A stretch of 64,000 bases of DNA from Podospora anserina (taxonomy: Eukaryota). The stretch covers positions 744,001 through 808,000 of the forward strand of contig CM030337.1 in the NCBI GenBank assembly GCA_017654855.1. Direction: 5' to 3'. Shown piece after piece: positions 1-12,026 of the stretch; the stretch's first letter is position 1, and the number at the start of each line of letters is the position of its first letter. The notes under the pieces are model-generated. The model had not been told where the DNA came from, ran no database searches, and worked only from the letters and a program-made list of their open reading frames with translations. The position numbers and the translations under genes are program-made.

Positions 1-1698
1 TTTCGATTCTCGTTTCTTGGTTTCAGCATTTTTGTTTCATTACAACACCACCAGAGTGGGTTTTCGCTTCGATTGTGTTTATTCATTTTTTTTTTATTTC
101 TCCGAGACGAGATTATCAGACCTTGCTTAGTTATGGTGTTTTTTAAACGCTGGGAGGGGTTGATTGGTTTGATTTTCGGTATGCTTTTTTATTTTTATTT
201 TTGGATTGATTGGAAGGAAAGGAGGGAGTTTTTTCTCACAATTTGGGGTGAGGGTTGTTTGATATATATGGCTTTGTTTTGTTTGGGAGTGATTATTATG
301 TAATTTTGGGAATGGGAATGGGAGAAATATTTAGATACCAAGTTTTAAAGATAAAAGATGGAGATGGGGGTTGATATGGGGAAACGGAGGGCGGGGGGGT
401 TGAGAGGGGGAGGGGGGTATAGGGGGGTTTAGGGGTGTTGGGTGTTGGGTGTTGGGTGTGGTGGTGGTAGTTGGAGATATAGGTGAGATAGGGTGGAATA
501 AATATAAAGTCAAGAATTGAAGCTTTTTATGATGTCTTTGGACTGTTATGGTGGTGACACACATATGTGATGTCTGTCGATCATCGATCGGTATTTGTAA
601 ACAACCCGAACCCTTTTTTTTCTTTTTTCTTTTCTTGGCTGTGAGGGGTTTGGTCACTACCCAACCCCAGCCCCTGAATCTCCAACAACAACCTTTCCTC
701 ACAAACAAACCAGAACACACGCTCACGTTACACCAACCCCCTGAAACTGACTTCACACCACTTCTCGGTGTGGCTTCTCTTTTTGGTCCGGAACTTTGAT
801 CCTGACCTAAAAAAGATATCGTTTTTTTTTGTGGTGGTAGTGGTGGGTGTGCGTGCTAGATGCAGCGATGTTCCACCTAGCAGCATGCTACCTCAAGCCA
901 AACGAGGAAGGAATCATGAGGTTGCACACCGCCTCCAAGCTGGCCGAGGAAAAGGGAGGGAAGGGGTTTGCTGCTGCGAGTGGTAGTAATGTGGAAAAGG
1001 TTAACAGAGAGGAAGGGGTGGACCGGAAGCAGGAAGGAGAGCAAGGGGGTCGGGAGGATCACAGAGATGAAGTGAATAAAAAGGATGAGAAGGATGAGGG
1101 TATTGTCGAGAGAAAAGATGGAGAAGGCGACACTGTTGAGATTTTGGCTTGACATGACGGAAGTTTTTTTGAAGGGGGATTGCAGAGGAATGGTCGGTCT
1201 TGGTGCTTTTGCCCACGACGGTGCAAGGTGTGAATGAAGCACGGCGGTCAATCTAACATACCTACCTAGCAAAGCAGAACCCGCCATCTTCATAAATCCC
1301 AGCATCTTTTCTCAATAGTAAATCTCAAAGTTTATATTGCGCTACGGCAGCATATCGCCGCACGTCATACTCTCTATTCTCGCTGCTTACACCCCCTCCT
1401 CCCCTTTCCCCGCAAGAGTAAAGCACCCAGGGTATATACACCCATCGACCCCAACTTTCCCAACCCCAAAAAATATCACAAACGCCGAAACCCCATTTTG
1501 TATGAACCCTCCTTTTATTTCTCCCAAAAATGCCAGTCCAACCCCTCCATGGTATCATCGTACGTGAAATAGGTAGCCTTCCCCCCTCCCCAAAGAACTC
1601 CTCAACATGTCAGTCTTTCCCCCTCATCCCCACCATCCCTCACTCCACTCTCTCTTAAAATCAACACAGAGCTCCTCTGTGCTCAGCACCGCCCACTC

Positions 1699-4600
1699 CT
1701 AGTTAGGCTGAACAGCCAGAGCAGCCTGCAGCGACTCCAACAACTCCTGATCTTGGTGATCAGGGGTGGAATGATGATTAGGGGGTATTGGCAGCCCGGG
1801 AACTGCCGGCGGCGAGGCCTGTGCTGGTGACGGCTGGGCTGTCGAGGCCTGGGGCTGGGGCTGGTATGCCGTTTGAGCCGGCTGAGCCGGTCGTGGTGGT
1901 GCCGGCGATGGCTGCGATGTTGTTGGCGAGGGGATGTGACGGTGTGGTTGTGCCTGAGGCTGAGCCTGCTGCTGGACTTGTTGCTGGGCCTGCCGGTGTT
2001 GATGGTGCGTTTGCTGCTGTGGTTGCGGTGGCTGGGGCGCCTGAGCCTGGTGCTGTTGTTGTTGCTGCTGTTGTTGATGCTGCTGTTGTTGATGCTGCTG
2101 TTGTTGATGCTGCTGTTGTTGATGCTGCTGTTGTTGATGCTGCTGTAATTGTTGAGGATGCGCTTGCTGAACATGCTGCTGATGAGAATGTTGTCGCTGA
2201 GCTTGCTGGTTTTGCTGGACTTGTTGAAGCTGCTGAGCCTGTTGTTGCTGTTGCTGTGCAGGCCGACTGTGTTGGACCTGTTGGTGTTGTTGCACCTGCT
2301 GACCCTGATGATGTTGAGGGACCTGCTGAAGTTGCTGGGCCTGCTGATGCTGAGCCTGCTGAGCCTGCTGAGTTTGCTGAGCCTGTTGGGCTTGCGGAGC
2401 GTGCTGGTGTTGCGCAGTAGGCTGGTGTGGCATCGTTTGTTGCCGTTGCGGAGCTGGCGGCTGCTGCTGAGCTTGATGCTGCGGAGCCTGATATTGCTGG
2501 GCCTGGAGCTGCTGCTGTGCTTGATGCAGCTGCGACTGAGTCTGACGGCGGCCTTGTTGCTGGCCTTGCTGCTGAACAGGTTGTTGAACATGCTGCTGAA
2601 CATGCTGCTGAGCGTGTTGCTGACCCTGGTTCTGCTGTTGCGGACTTTGTCTGTTCTGTTGCTGCTGTTGCTGCTGGGCTTGGTTCTGCTGAGGCTGGTG
2701 AGGCTGATGAGCCTGGTGCTGTTGGGCCTGGTGATGCGGAGAAGACGGCTGTGGCTGCAAGTGATGATACTGCGGCTTACTTGGAGGCTGCATCGACGTG
2801 CTCGGAGCCGGCGCCGGGGCTATGGATGGAAACGATGTAACCTTTGGTAGGCCGTGGTGTTCCTGAGGCTCCGACTTGACCATTGGTGAGATGGGCACTG
2901 GAGGCAAACCGCCCGATGTTGCCGTAGTCGTATTGCCATTCATAGGCCCGCTCACGCCCGGGGTGGTTGGGCTTGCCCGCGGAGCTTGCACACTTGAATG
3001 TGGGCCGGGCATCACGGACTGGTTGTTGTGTTGCATATTCGACAGCGCCATCATTGTCTGCAGCCTGGCCTGTTCTTCTTGGCTATTCTGCCGCGCCTTC
3101 TCCTCGGCTTCCTTTCTTGCTGCCTGGGTCGGAGCCCGAGTCTTGAGCTCTCCTGTGACGTGTTGCAGATAGTACGGCATTTCCGAGTTCGTCTTGAGGA
3201 AAAATAGCTTCAGATTCCTTGCCTTGTCCTTCAGCTGGACCTGAGTGCGATCCCTCAGGATGGTTGAAATGGTTCCGTGCGGCCCAAAAAGACCGAGAAT
3301 TTGACTCCAATGGGGACCCTTCACCATGTCCAAACCAGCCATGAGAGCCTTCTCCTCTTCAGGACTCCAAGGCCTCCGAGTCGAATGCAGGCCTTCGCGC
3401 CTCGACGTATTAGATGACTTTGCAACAGCAGCCTGCCGAGCCTTTTCGTACAGAGCCGCAGTGGGTAAAGACTGATTTGGTGGAAGGCCATTCTCGTTCG
3501 TGGCAGCTGGAGCAGCCGGGGCTGCTGGCGCGGGGCTCTGTGTGTACGTCTGATATTGGCCCTGGTGTTGTTGATTCATTTGCGCAATGTAGTGAGGATG
3601 GGCCGGGGCATGTCCGAGATTTGCGGTTCCGACAGTCCCCGAGTATATCATAGTCGAGGTGGTGGGGAGCCCATGCGGCGGCTCTTCTGGGATTTTCGGA
3701 AGGCTGGCAGCGATTAGATTCGCCAATTCGGTAGTCGAGCTATTCATGTCATGCTGTCCAGCGGAAGAGTCCTTAATCAGCCCGCTCAGGTCATGCGACA
3801 AGGACGAATCCTTGGCCAACTCCTGCTCGATGAGCTTTTTCAATGTTTCGTCATCATGTTGACCTGACAGATCTTCGCCGTCGAGTTCTTTGGTTTCCCC
3901 AGCCATCGGAAGTTGCGCTGTTGCAAGCCTCAGCGTTTCAGCAAGGCTGTCGTGCTGCTCCTCGATTTCCATATTCGTGGCCAGAACTGGCTCCTCCTCT
4001 TGTGTGGGTATGTTGATGCCGTAGCTCCTGGCGTAGTCAACTATAACAGCCAGGTGGCCTTGCAAAAACAAGCTCAGCAACTCGGAGATTCTCTCGGGTG
4101 ACGATTGCTCCGCCAACGACACTGTTCTTGTCAGTCCACCGACATTCAGAAATCCAAACGGGGAGGAGCAAGTACTCTTGATAGATTCATCAGCGGCCGA
4201 TTGGACCAGCAATTCCCTTCTCTCGCGAACCTGACCAACCAGCCGCTCCTCATCCGGATTCAATGCCAGATCTCCACTGCGATTCTTCAAAACCTCATCG
4301 AACCGAGCAGGAAACAAAGTGTCCAACACGCCCAGCGCCGGCTGCGGTGGTTGGTGATTAAGCGCATCCAAGAAGAGCCGCGTCTTCAAGCTAACTAGCA
4401 ATTCGGTCAAAGAGTCCTTGTATTCGCCGTCTTCGGGGATGAAGACGCTGAAAAAAGAATCGTGTACATCTTTCAGTGTGACATCGCCTGAGCCAAACAC
4501 CATGCCTGCCACCGAAGCCAAGTTTGACATGCGGATCGTCTCCCTATCTTCCGAGTCTGTGATTTCCAACTCGTCGACCGAAAGGAGGTGAGAGTCTGAG

Positions 4601-5676
4601 TACATCTTTCGTGTGCTTTCAAACACATTCCAGAGCATACCATAGGCCTTGTAAAACTCGGATTCGGTCTGGGCAAGAAGTGCATCGGTGTCAGCTTTGG
4701 TATTCTGCGACAGTCTGATGAGGATCTGAACAGCAAAACTGCCCATGTTCAGGAGGCTCATGGACCGCATATGGTAAAAGGAGTGACGCGTAAAGTTTGC
4801 GATTTTGTTCCGTGTTTTCTCAGCTTCGGGCGTGGCAGGTATTGGGTTGGTGGTCCGTACCACGTTCACATCGTAATCAGCCAGCGCATTATTCAGCATC
4901 GTTTCCAGGTCGACAGGCGCCATGTCATGCCCGTTCATCTCACCATGTCCCGCTTGCTCTGGGTGCCCGAGTTGCGCCTCATGTTGGGCAAACTCCATCT
5001 TCAACCGTTTTGCCAGGCTATCCTCATCATCCAGGTCAGGGCTCCTGGGTCGTTTGGCTTCACTCGGCATCTGGGCAGTAACGGGGACTCCCGGTGAAGG
5101 GTCAATTGGTGTTTGAGAGTCTGCCGGGGGTTGAGACATCGTCGGTTGCGGTAATAGCGCTTGAGATGGAGACTGATGCACGAGGGCATCCGTCTGGGCT
5201 TGGGCAGATGCTAAGAGCTGCTCTATCTGGACTGAAGGCGATTGCGCATCGAGCGCTGTGGTTGGGGTCGCAGCAAGCGGGTTCGGCGCGGGGCTCGGAA
5301 CAGGGGCGGGAGTCGATGGTGGTGGGAGAGAGGAAACTGCTGCGGCTGTAGATATTAACGGAGTGGCAGGAGTTGCCGGCGTTGTTGGCGCTGCTGGCAC
5401 TGTGGGTGTGAGTGTGGGTGTGGTTGTGGTTGTGGTTGTGGTTGTGGCCTCCCCATGTTGCGACGTGGGCGGTGGTGGCGGCGGAGGAGGAGGAGCAGGA
5501 GCAGTCGGAGCCGCAGTCTTCTCAGGAGCAACATCTGGCGCTTGTTGAGATGGCGGTTGTTCAGGATCGGCCTTGATTGGACTATCGGCGTCTGGCATCG
5601 GAACATCGTCGTTGCTGCTGTTGTTGAAGGCAGCAAAGAGATCGGCCTCGAGACCGGCGAGCATCGTGTCGGCCAT
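1699..5676 (-). CDS. TBF1: Tbf1/Trf1-like telomere-repeat-binding factor (telobox Myb domain) with long Q-rich C-terminal tail; probable 54-nt in-frame intron 4122-4175
   Basis: 1325-aa ORF; telobox Myb motif [28 protein letters not shown]...[20 protein letters not shown]-like central region (RMSNLAS...LVSLKTRLF); GTACTT...CTGAC...CAG intron signature. Confidence 0.85.
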   Translation of the reverse strand: MADTMLAGLEADLFAAFNNSSNDDVPMPDADSPIKADPEQPPSQQAPDVAPEKTAAPTAPAPPPPPPPPPTSQHGEATTTTTTTTTPTLTPTVPAAPTTPATPATPLISTAAAVSSLPPPSTPAPVPSPAPNPLAATPTTALDAQSPSVQIEQLLASAQAQTDALVHQSPSQALLPQPTMSQPPADSQTPIDPSPGVPVTAQMPSEAKRPRSPDLDDEDSLAKRLKMEFAQHEAQLGHPEQAGHGEMNGHDMAPVDLETMLNNALADYDVNVVRTTNPIPATPEAEKTRNKIANFTRHSFYHMRSMSLLNMGSFAVQILIRLSQNTKADTDALLAQTESEFYKAYGMLWNVFESTRKMYSDSHLLSVDELEITDSEDRETIRMSNLASVAGMVFGSGDVTLKDVHDSFFSVFIPEDGEYKDSLTELLVSLKTRLFLDALNHQPPQPALGVLDTLFPARFDEVLKNRSGDLALNPDEERLVGQVRERRELLVQSAADESIKSTCSSPFGFLNVGGLTRTVSLAEQSSPERISELLSLFLQGHLAVIVDYARSYGINIPTQEEEPVLATNMEIEEQHDSLAETLRLATAQLPMAGETKELDGEDLSGQHDDETLKKLIEQELAKDSSLSHDLSGLIKDSSAGQHDMNSSTTELANLIAASLPKIPEEPPHGLPTTSTMIYSGTVGTANLGHAPAHPHYIAQMNQQHQGQYQTYTQSPAPAAPAAPAATNENGLPPNQSLPTAALYEKARQAAVAKSSNTSRREGLHSTRRPWSPEEEKALMAGLDMVKGPHWSQILGLFGPHGTISTILRDRTQVQLKDKARNLKLFFLKTNSEMPYYLQHVTGELKTRAPTQAARKEAEEKARQNSQEEQARLQTMMALSNMQHNNQSVMPGPHSSVQAPRASPTTPGVSGPMNGNTTTATSGGLPPVPISPMVKSEPQEHHGLPKVTSFPSIAPAPAPSTSMQPPSKPQYHHLQPQPSSPHHQAQQHQAHQPHQPQQNQAQQQQQQQNRQSPQQQNQGQQHAQQHVQQHVQQPVQQQGQQQGRRQTQSQLHQAQQQLQAQQYQAPQHQAQQQPPAPQRQQTMPHQPTAQHQHAPQAQQAQQTQQAQQAQHQQAQQLQQVPQHHQGQQVQQHQQVQHSRPAQQQQQQAQQLQQVQQNQQAQRQHSHQQHVQQAHPQQLQQHQQQQHQQQQHQQQQHQQQQHQQQQQQQQHQAQAPQPPQPQQQTHHQHRQAQQQVQQQAQPQAQPHRHIPSPTTSQPSPAPPRPAQPAQTAYQPQPQASTAQPSPAQASPPAVPGLPIPPNHHSTPDHQDQELLESLQAALAVQPN
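2063..2145. repeat. 15-bp tandem repeat (TGCTGCTGTTGTTGA, about 5 copies) encoding (HQQQQ)n in the Tbf1 tail
   Basis: Directly visible tandem units within a broader CAG/CAA-rich region (about 1950-2760). Confidence 0.9.
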
Positions 5677-6956
5677 GTTCGCAGCTTAGAGCGCGAAGCC
5701 CATTGAACGGGGGCTGAAGTCTCGTCGGTTTGCCCCGCACACTTAGTGGCAGACTTGAACCGATCTCGAAGTATGTATACGACAAAAGAAGACAGTCCAA
5801 TGGGTCCGACGGCGGGTGTCGTCTCTCTTGGGCGGGCGGTGTCGTTATCGCGGTCTTGGGCGGGACTGGGGAGATGTCGGAGAAATTTTTCTGACGTCCG
5901 ACATCCAAAGTTGCCCTTATTTTGTGCCCCAGCCTCCGATACACAAGCTGCGTTTATGTGCTTGAAATTCCAAGGAAATACCAAAAATCCAGCCACATCC
6001 GTCAATTCCAAAGAATACTGAGCTCAACATGGGCATTTTGATAACAACTACGACCAACTCTCGTTTCATGCTTCGATTGACACTCCGCATGCTCGTGTAT
6101 GTCTTCAAAGAGAAGCCAGCTAGCGAAGTGACGGATAACAAGGCACTATCTAATCGGAAGGCACCTCAGCTTGCAATTGGCCAACCACGATAGAAATAGC
6201 GATCAAGGTGCGTGCGGTTGGGATCGAATACTCATGGGGGAATATAAATGTGCAAGGCTAGCTTTACAAAGGAATCTTTAGGTGCAGAACGCATGGGTTG
6301 GAAGTTGGGAATGTGATAGAAAAGTGATACGACTCAGGCTCTCATAGGACTTACCTATCTCGGTTTCCATCTTCCGTCAGCCAGACCTTGACTGGGAAAG
6401 CCGTAGAACTTCAACATGCTCATCAGGTCTCCGGCGTCACCCAGTAAGCATCAGGAAGGCCCCGAGAAAAGTCCGATTGTGTTTAGAAGAAGAGAACCGA
6501 CTTGTGGTGTGCTTCACGGGGTCTAGAATCGTTCGAGTTCCGGTAGCATCGTCCACGCTGAGCCATGAGAGAGCATACGATGGTGTCTCAGAAGGTATGG
6601 TATAAACGATAGTATCATGAAGAAGCACTGGTGGTGCGCAGCATTCGGCGGGAGGGAAGGATCTCGGCCGCCCGGAGCATGCAGCACGGAGGACCGTTGC
6701 AACTTGACATTGCCGAGAGATGTTCCCTGGGTCTTGGATCGGAGATAACGGAGAGCTATCCAGACCCCTCAGATTACTATTCACACGCCATGTTTCTTGA
6801 TGAGACACAGCTTCGCTCTCCATTGCCCCGAAGCATCCAAAGAACGGTGGTTATTAATTGAGACAGTATCAAACATACTGGCAGCCACCTCGAAGATTAA
6901 CTACTAATGATCATGCCGAGGCAGTCGAGGAATGGACGTCTCAACAAAGGAAAGAT

Positions 6957-7629
6957 GCGGGGAGGCGGAATGCTACAACAAACCCGTGGAGATCGGTGAC
7001 AACACATGGGAATGGTAGCAATCCGTCTGTTCGGCTTTCCTCAAGCTTTCTTGCCCCAGCTTCTGGGGATAGACTCTGGGCTCTTATATCATCCAGGTAA
7101 AGACATGGACGAATGACATGAATGCCTAGGCACGCTTCAACGCGGCTTATGTTTCAATGCTGGGATGGAGCATTGTGTGTCGCCCCCTGAGCGGGGTTCA
7201 TAGTCCCGCTGCCATCGTCATGCGGGGAAAGTGAGCAGCCAACGAGATGTGATGCTCGGAATGGCGGAATCCAGTGGACATCGTGAGAACATCTTCAGTC
7301 AAGTCACCAGCGGTGAGATGGTGGAGAGAGGGAGAGAGAGCCGTGGACCTTTGGTATGGATACCCCGTGAGTTGTCTGCCTCGAAATGATGGAGATTCTG
7401 GGGCGCTTGGGGAGATTCTGGGGAAGAGGCAGAGCCACCCGCGTCACCCCCCGACCCCGCGACCCCCGCTTCCGCTGCATGCACTTCCAGTTCCGTGGCC
7501 GTGACCCACTCGGCCGTCCACTGCCAGTGCCATCCGGGGGGGGAAGGATGAACTGGTAGCTGGTACCCCTCGCCACTACTTTGTCCCCTACTGTCCTCCG
7601 GCGCAACATGTATTTAAGGTCCTGCGGGG
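6957..7629. promoter_or_regulatory. Cluster of CreA/CRE-1 consensus sites (SYGGRG) upstream of the aldehyde dehydrogenase, plus TATA-like TATTTAA at about 7611
   Basis: At least 10 matches (6957, 7054rc, 7063, 7191, 7222, 7321, 7398, 7418, 7455rc, 7464rc, 7624), including duplicated GGAGATTCTGGGG at 7391 and 7411. Confidence 0.5.
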
Positions 7630-7771
7630 ACGCCCTCTCGTCCTCGCTGCTTCCCCATTCTCCTCACAGCTTCCCACCTTGACACCTGAGACAGCGAGCT
7701 GGTTTCGTTCTTCCTGTCCCAATCTGTCCATATCAGTCTTTCCCAAGCTGTCACACGAAGCTGCCAACATC

Positions 7772-9391
7772 ATGGCCAACGTCTTCACCGAGCTCAAGAC
7801 CCCTACCACGGGCACGTACAAGCAGCCCACCGGACTGTATGTGGCTTCTCTTTCTTCCCCCATAGTGAACCACTCACCCTAACCCTGACTTGTACAGCTT
7901 CATCAACAACGAGTTCGTCGAGGGTGTCGAGAAGAAGACCTTTGAGGTCATCAACCCCGCCACCGAGGAGGTCATCTGCTCCGTCCACGAAGCCACCGAG
8001 GCCGACGTCGACATTGCCGTCAAGGCTGCTCGCGATGCCTTCGAGGGCCCGTGGCGCCAGGTTACCCCTCAGCAGCGTGGAAACTTGCTGCTTAAGCTTG
8101 CCGACCTGATCGAGAAGAACCTGGAGCTCCTTGCTTCCGTCGAGTCCCTTGACAATGGCAAGTCCATCACCATGGCTCGTGGAGATGTTGGCGCCGTTGT
8201 TGGTTGCATTCGGTACTATGGCGGCTGGGCCGACAAGATTGAGGGCAAGACGATTGATATTGCGCCAGACATGTTCCACTACACCAGACTCGAGCCGGTG
8301 CGTTGTCCTTGGGTACGAAGCCACCATAAACTGCTGATGCTAACTGTCGTGTCATTTAGATTGGCGTCTGCGGCCAGATCATCCCATGGAACTTCCCACT
8401 TCTGATGCTCGGCTGGAAAATTGGACCTGCTCTGGCTACCGGTAACACTGTTGTTCTCAAGACCGCTGAGCAAACGCCTTTGTCCGGTCTTGTCTTTGCT
8501 CAGTTCGTCAAAGAGGCTGGTTTCCCTCCCGGTGTTCTCAACATCATCTCTGGCTTCGGGAAGACTGCCGGCGCTGCCATCTCTTCCCACATGGACATCG
8601 ACAAGGTCGCCTTTACTGGCTCCACTGTTGTTGGCCGCACCATCATGAAGGCCGCTGCCTCTTCTAACCTCAAGAAGGTCACCCTCGAGTTGGGCGGCAA
8701 GTCTCCCAATATCGTCTTCAACGATGCCGATATCGAGCAGACCATCAGCTGGGTCAACTTTGGTATCTACTTCAACCACGGCCAGTGCTGCTGCGCCGGA
8801 TCTCGTATCTACGTGCAGTCCGGCATCTACGACAAGTTCGTCGCCGCTTTCAAGAAGCGCGCTGAGGCGAACAAGGTCGGCGACCCATTCCACCCCGAGA
8901 CCTTCCAAGGCCCCCAGGTGTCTCAGCTCCAATATGATCGTATCATGGAGTACATTGAGTCCGGCAAGAGCGAGGGCGCTACAGTCGAGACTGGTGGTGC
9001 CCGTCACGGTGACAAGGGCTACTTCATCCAGCCCACCATCTTCACCAACGTCAGCCCCAAGATGAAGATCATGCAGGAAGAGATCTTCGGCCCCGTCTGC
9101 GCTATCGCCAAGTTCGACACCGAGGAGGAGGTCCTCCAGATGGCCCACGACACCATTTATGGTCTTGCCTCTGCTGTCCACACCAAGGATCTCAACACCG
9201 CGATCCGGGTCGCCAACTCCCTCCGTGCCGGTACCGTCTGGGTCAACTGCTACAACCTGCTTTCGCACCAGCTGCCATTCGGTGGTTATGCTCAGAGTGG
9301 TATCGGGCGCGAGTTGGGTGAGGAGGCTTTGGCCAACTACACGCAACACAAGTCTGTCGCCATCAGATTGGGCGGTGCGTTGTTTGGTTAA
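7772..9391 (+). CDS. aldA: NAD-dependent aldehyde dehydrogenase (aldA/ALDH1-2 family), about 498 aa; exons 7772-7836, 7898-8297, 8360-9391
   Basis: Motifs [34 protein letters not shown] (catalytic Cys), [22 protein letters not shown]; two canonical introns restore the frame. Confidence 0.95.
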
Positions 9392-10598
9392 GCGTCTTGC
9401 TGTCGGGATAGGGGTAAAAGTGGGTCTGGTTCAGGGGTAATGAATTGGGAGCTTGATGTATTCTCACAATGTAACGTACTCTGGGTTGCGGGTTGGACCT
9501 GATCTTTGGGTGTATCGGGGTTACGAAGTAATGACAAAACGCGATGATATTCGAACATTTTATGATACGTCTTCTTGAACCACACGCTGTCATGTATGGC
9601 CAAATTATGGTCTTCAAAAGAAGTGATGATAGATGTGCCTTTTGAAGGCCTTTGGCAATCCACGATATCTCTGTCATGTTTTTGACCGGTAGAGATCATA
9701 AACACAGCGTTGATCTCGGACTTGAAGGCGCATCCCTTTCTGCTTCCGGCCTTGTGGGCATACGGAGGGCAGTGCTCTCCGCCAGGGCACATCGGCTGGG
9801 CACATCGGCTCGGCCTCTCTCTGTGCAGGAGTCTGGGGGCGAGGATTCTCGGTTTCTTGGTGTTTGACCAGCTGCTGGAGGGTCTCTTCCCAGGGCGAGA
9901 GTTGATGGCATTTTGAATGCTTGAGTTTGATGGATTGGTTGGTGCTGGGGTGTCTTGTTGCTACCAATAGGTTGAGAAGAAGATTGAAGGAATGAGGTTT
10001 GATGGACCGGTATTAGTGGTCTCTACCGCGTTATTTATGCATTTCGAGAGGAACCGGTGATAAGATTGAAATTTAAATTGACCTTGTTACCAAGAATGTG
10101 AGACAGACATGTCTATCTGGACGGGCCTGGTGACGATTCTAGGTGCTACAAGACTGATCCGGTATCAGGGTACATTACCTAAAACTCTTGAAAAAGGAAC
10201 TGTTTGTTGAAGAAATAGCGGGTGAGGCGTTGCGTTTGGGTGTTTGTTTGTGGCCCTGAATATGCCGTGGGATAATGAGAGAGGGCACATGAGAGGATGA
10301 GTGGTCTTGCTAGCCTTGGTCAGGCTTGCAAGTAGGTCTTGCCATTTTAACGATGGATGACTTGGTGGTTCTTTCCTCATGGGCATAGGCAAACTGAACA
10401 CCTGCCTACACCTGAAACGGGACCCCACCACGTCACATATCCACATGTTCAGGTTGGCTTATTGCAGCTGAGCTGGACGCATATTTTCCGCTGGACTTCC
10501 AATATGTAGCATATGAAAAAGAAACAGTCCCATTCAAGCTAGCTATACCGACAGCAGCAAAACCTGTAAGAGATTGTCCAGGACCAACTAGACCTTTG

Positions 10599-12026
10599 CT
10601 AATTCCGTTTCCTCGTCACCTTCTTGATGACCTTTCTCATCCCATCTCCGACCTTCTCGCCCTCCTCCCCCGCCTTCTCCAGCCCGCCTGGTTTCAGCCC
10701 ACCAGGCAAGAACCACCACATCAACAAGATGAAAATGAGAATCGCCAGACAGATCGGCTGCAACACTTCCACCCCCTTACTCTGAGCGATGGCCCCCACC
10801 GCAAACGGGAACAGTGCCGCGCCCCCTCCGCCGAATGCTGCAGCAAATCCAATCGCTGAAACATGATAATCGCTCGGCAGCAACTTTGTCGCCGCCACAA
10901 TCGCCGCCGGAAATAACGGACCCAAGAAGAAACCCAAGAACGTCGCAAAGGTTGCCGATGCCGCGAAGTTGGGTACAGTCCAGTAGAGGACTTGCATCAC
11001 AATCGAGAGCACCAGATAGATGGTGATGGCAAGCTTTTCTCCTATCCTCCCTGTGACAAAACCCAACACCACCCGTCCCACTGTCAATCCAAGCCAGAAG
11101 AAAGTAACAGTCAGACCAGCCATAAAAGGTTCAGCATTGCGGACTCGCAACATAAACGTCGTGATCCACCCTCCCAGCGACACCTCGGCGCCTACATACC
11201 CAAGCAGGAACATGGCGAGGATCCAAGTAATGGGTTCTTTGAGCACTGTTCGAGTCGTGGTTCTCTTTCCACCAGTGGTATCTAAAAACTGAGCTCTGTA
11301 TAGCTTGGCCGTCGCCCTCCAGAATGCCGCCGTTAGGAATACGAGACCGACACCATCCAGACCAATCATCACATAGTAAAACGTGTACCACTCCAATCCT
11401 CCCTTGGTCACCATCGCTGTCGCAATCAAGGGTCCAATGGTGGCGCCTAGACCGTAAGCGCCGTGAAGAAGACCGAGAAGCTCATTGGCGTTGTGCATAT
11501 TGCCTATCCAGGCGTTCCAAGCACTGTCTTCGATGCCATTACCGTAGCCGGTGAAAGCTAGGACGACTGGCAGAACGGGATAGGGCGGGTGGAAGACAAG
11601 CGGAATGATACCAATGAGACGACAAACGGGACCGAGGACGGCGATACCAACTTGCCCGAAGTGGTGGTGGACCAGTGAATTGCTGAGTGCTGCGAGGGTG
11701 TACCCTATGAAGGGAGACAGGAAGACAAGGGAGACGGCGGTGTAGGAGATGGAATAGTATGTTTCGATGTAGGGAAGAAGGGCACCGACAGCGCCGTCAG
11801 TCATGCCCATGAGGATGAAGGCGTATATGGTGCCGAGAAAGCGGAAGATGTTTGTGGCGGATTGGTTCCATCGTTGTTGGAGGGGAGGAGCCGAGGCTTC
11901 CTCATCCGTGGTCTCTTCCGACAAGTCGACCTTTTCAGGATCGCGTGTTGGGATGATGGACTCATCCATCTTCCTGGAATTATCGGGATTGTCGACACCG
12001 ACGTGGTCTGGACTGGCGGTCGACAT
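10599..12026 (-). CDS. MFS transporter, about 475 aa (Bsc6/fucose-permease-like subfamily)
   Basis: Many hydrophobic helices; GMTDGAVGALLPYIE, LLHGAYGLGATIGP, YVGAEVSLGGW, FWLGLTVGR motifs; first in-frame ATG at 12026 with TATATAA near 12101-12107. Confidence 0.9.
   Translation of the reverse strand: MSTASPDHVGVDNPDNSRKMDESIIPTRDPEKVDLSEETTDEEASAPPLQQRWNQSATNIFRFLGTIYAFILMGMTDGAVGALLPYIETYYSISYTAVSLVFLSPFIGYTLAALSNSLVHHHFGQVGIAVLGPVCRLIGIIPLVFHPPYPVLPVVLAFTGYGNGIEDSAWNAWIGNMHNANELLGLLHGAYGLGATIGPLIATAMVTKGGLEWYTFYYVMIGLDGVGLVFLTAAFWRATAKLYRAQFLDTTGGKRTTTRTVLKEPITWILAMFLLGYVGAEVSLGGWITTFMLRVRNAEPFMAGLTVTFFWLGLTVGRVVLGFVTGRIGEKLAITIYLVLSIVMQVLYWTVPNFAASATFATFLGFFLGPLFPAAIVAATKLLPSDYHVSAIGFAAAFGGGGAALFPFAVGAIAQSKGVEVLQPICLAILIFILLMWWFLPGGLKPGGLEKAGEEGEKVGDGMRKVIKKVTRKRN

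Noticed and set aside
548..1152. Short ORFs near the window start, including an acidic/basic 101-aa ORF
   Set aside because: No recognisable domain or coherent exon structure; low-complexity composition explains the open frames. A decayed gene cannot be excluded
1788..2850. Plus-strand poly-Leu/Ala/Val ORFs
   Set aside because: Antisense shadows of the CAG/CAA-rich Tbf1 tail
7877..7887. CCCTAACCCT telomere-like sequence near the TBF1 locus
   Set aside because: It is the CTAAC branch region of ALDH intron 1; fewer than two repeat units
8279..9349. 356-aa antisense ORF over ALDH (likewise 30016-32253 over PRP43, 45925-46866 over stomatin, 55883-56836 over MIR1)
   Set aside because: Typical antisense open frames caused by strong codon bias; no protein-like motifs
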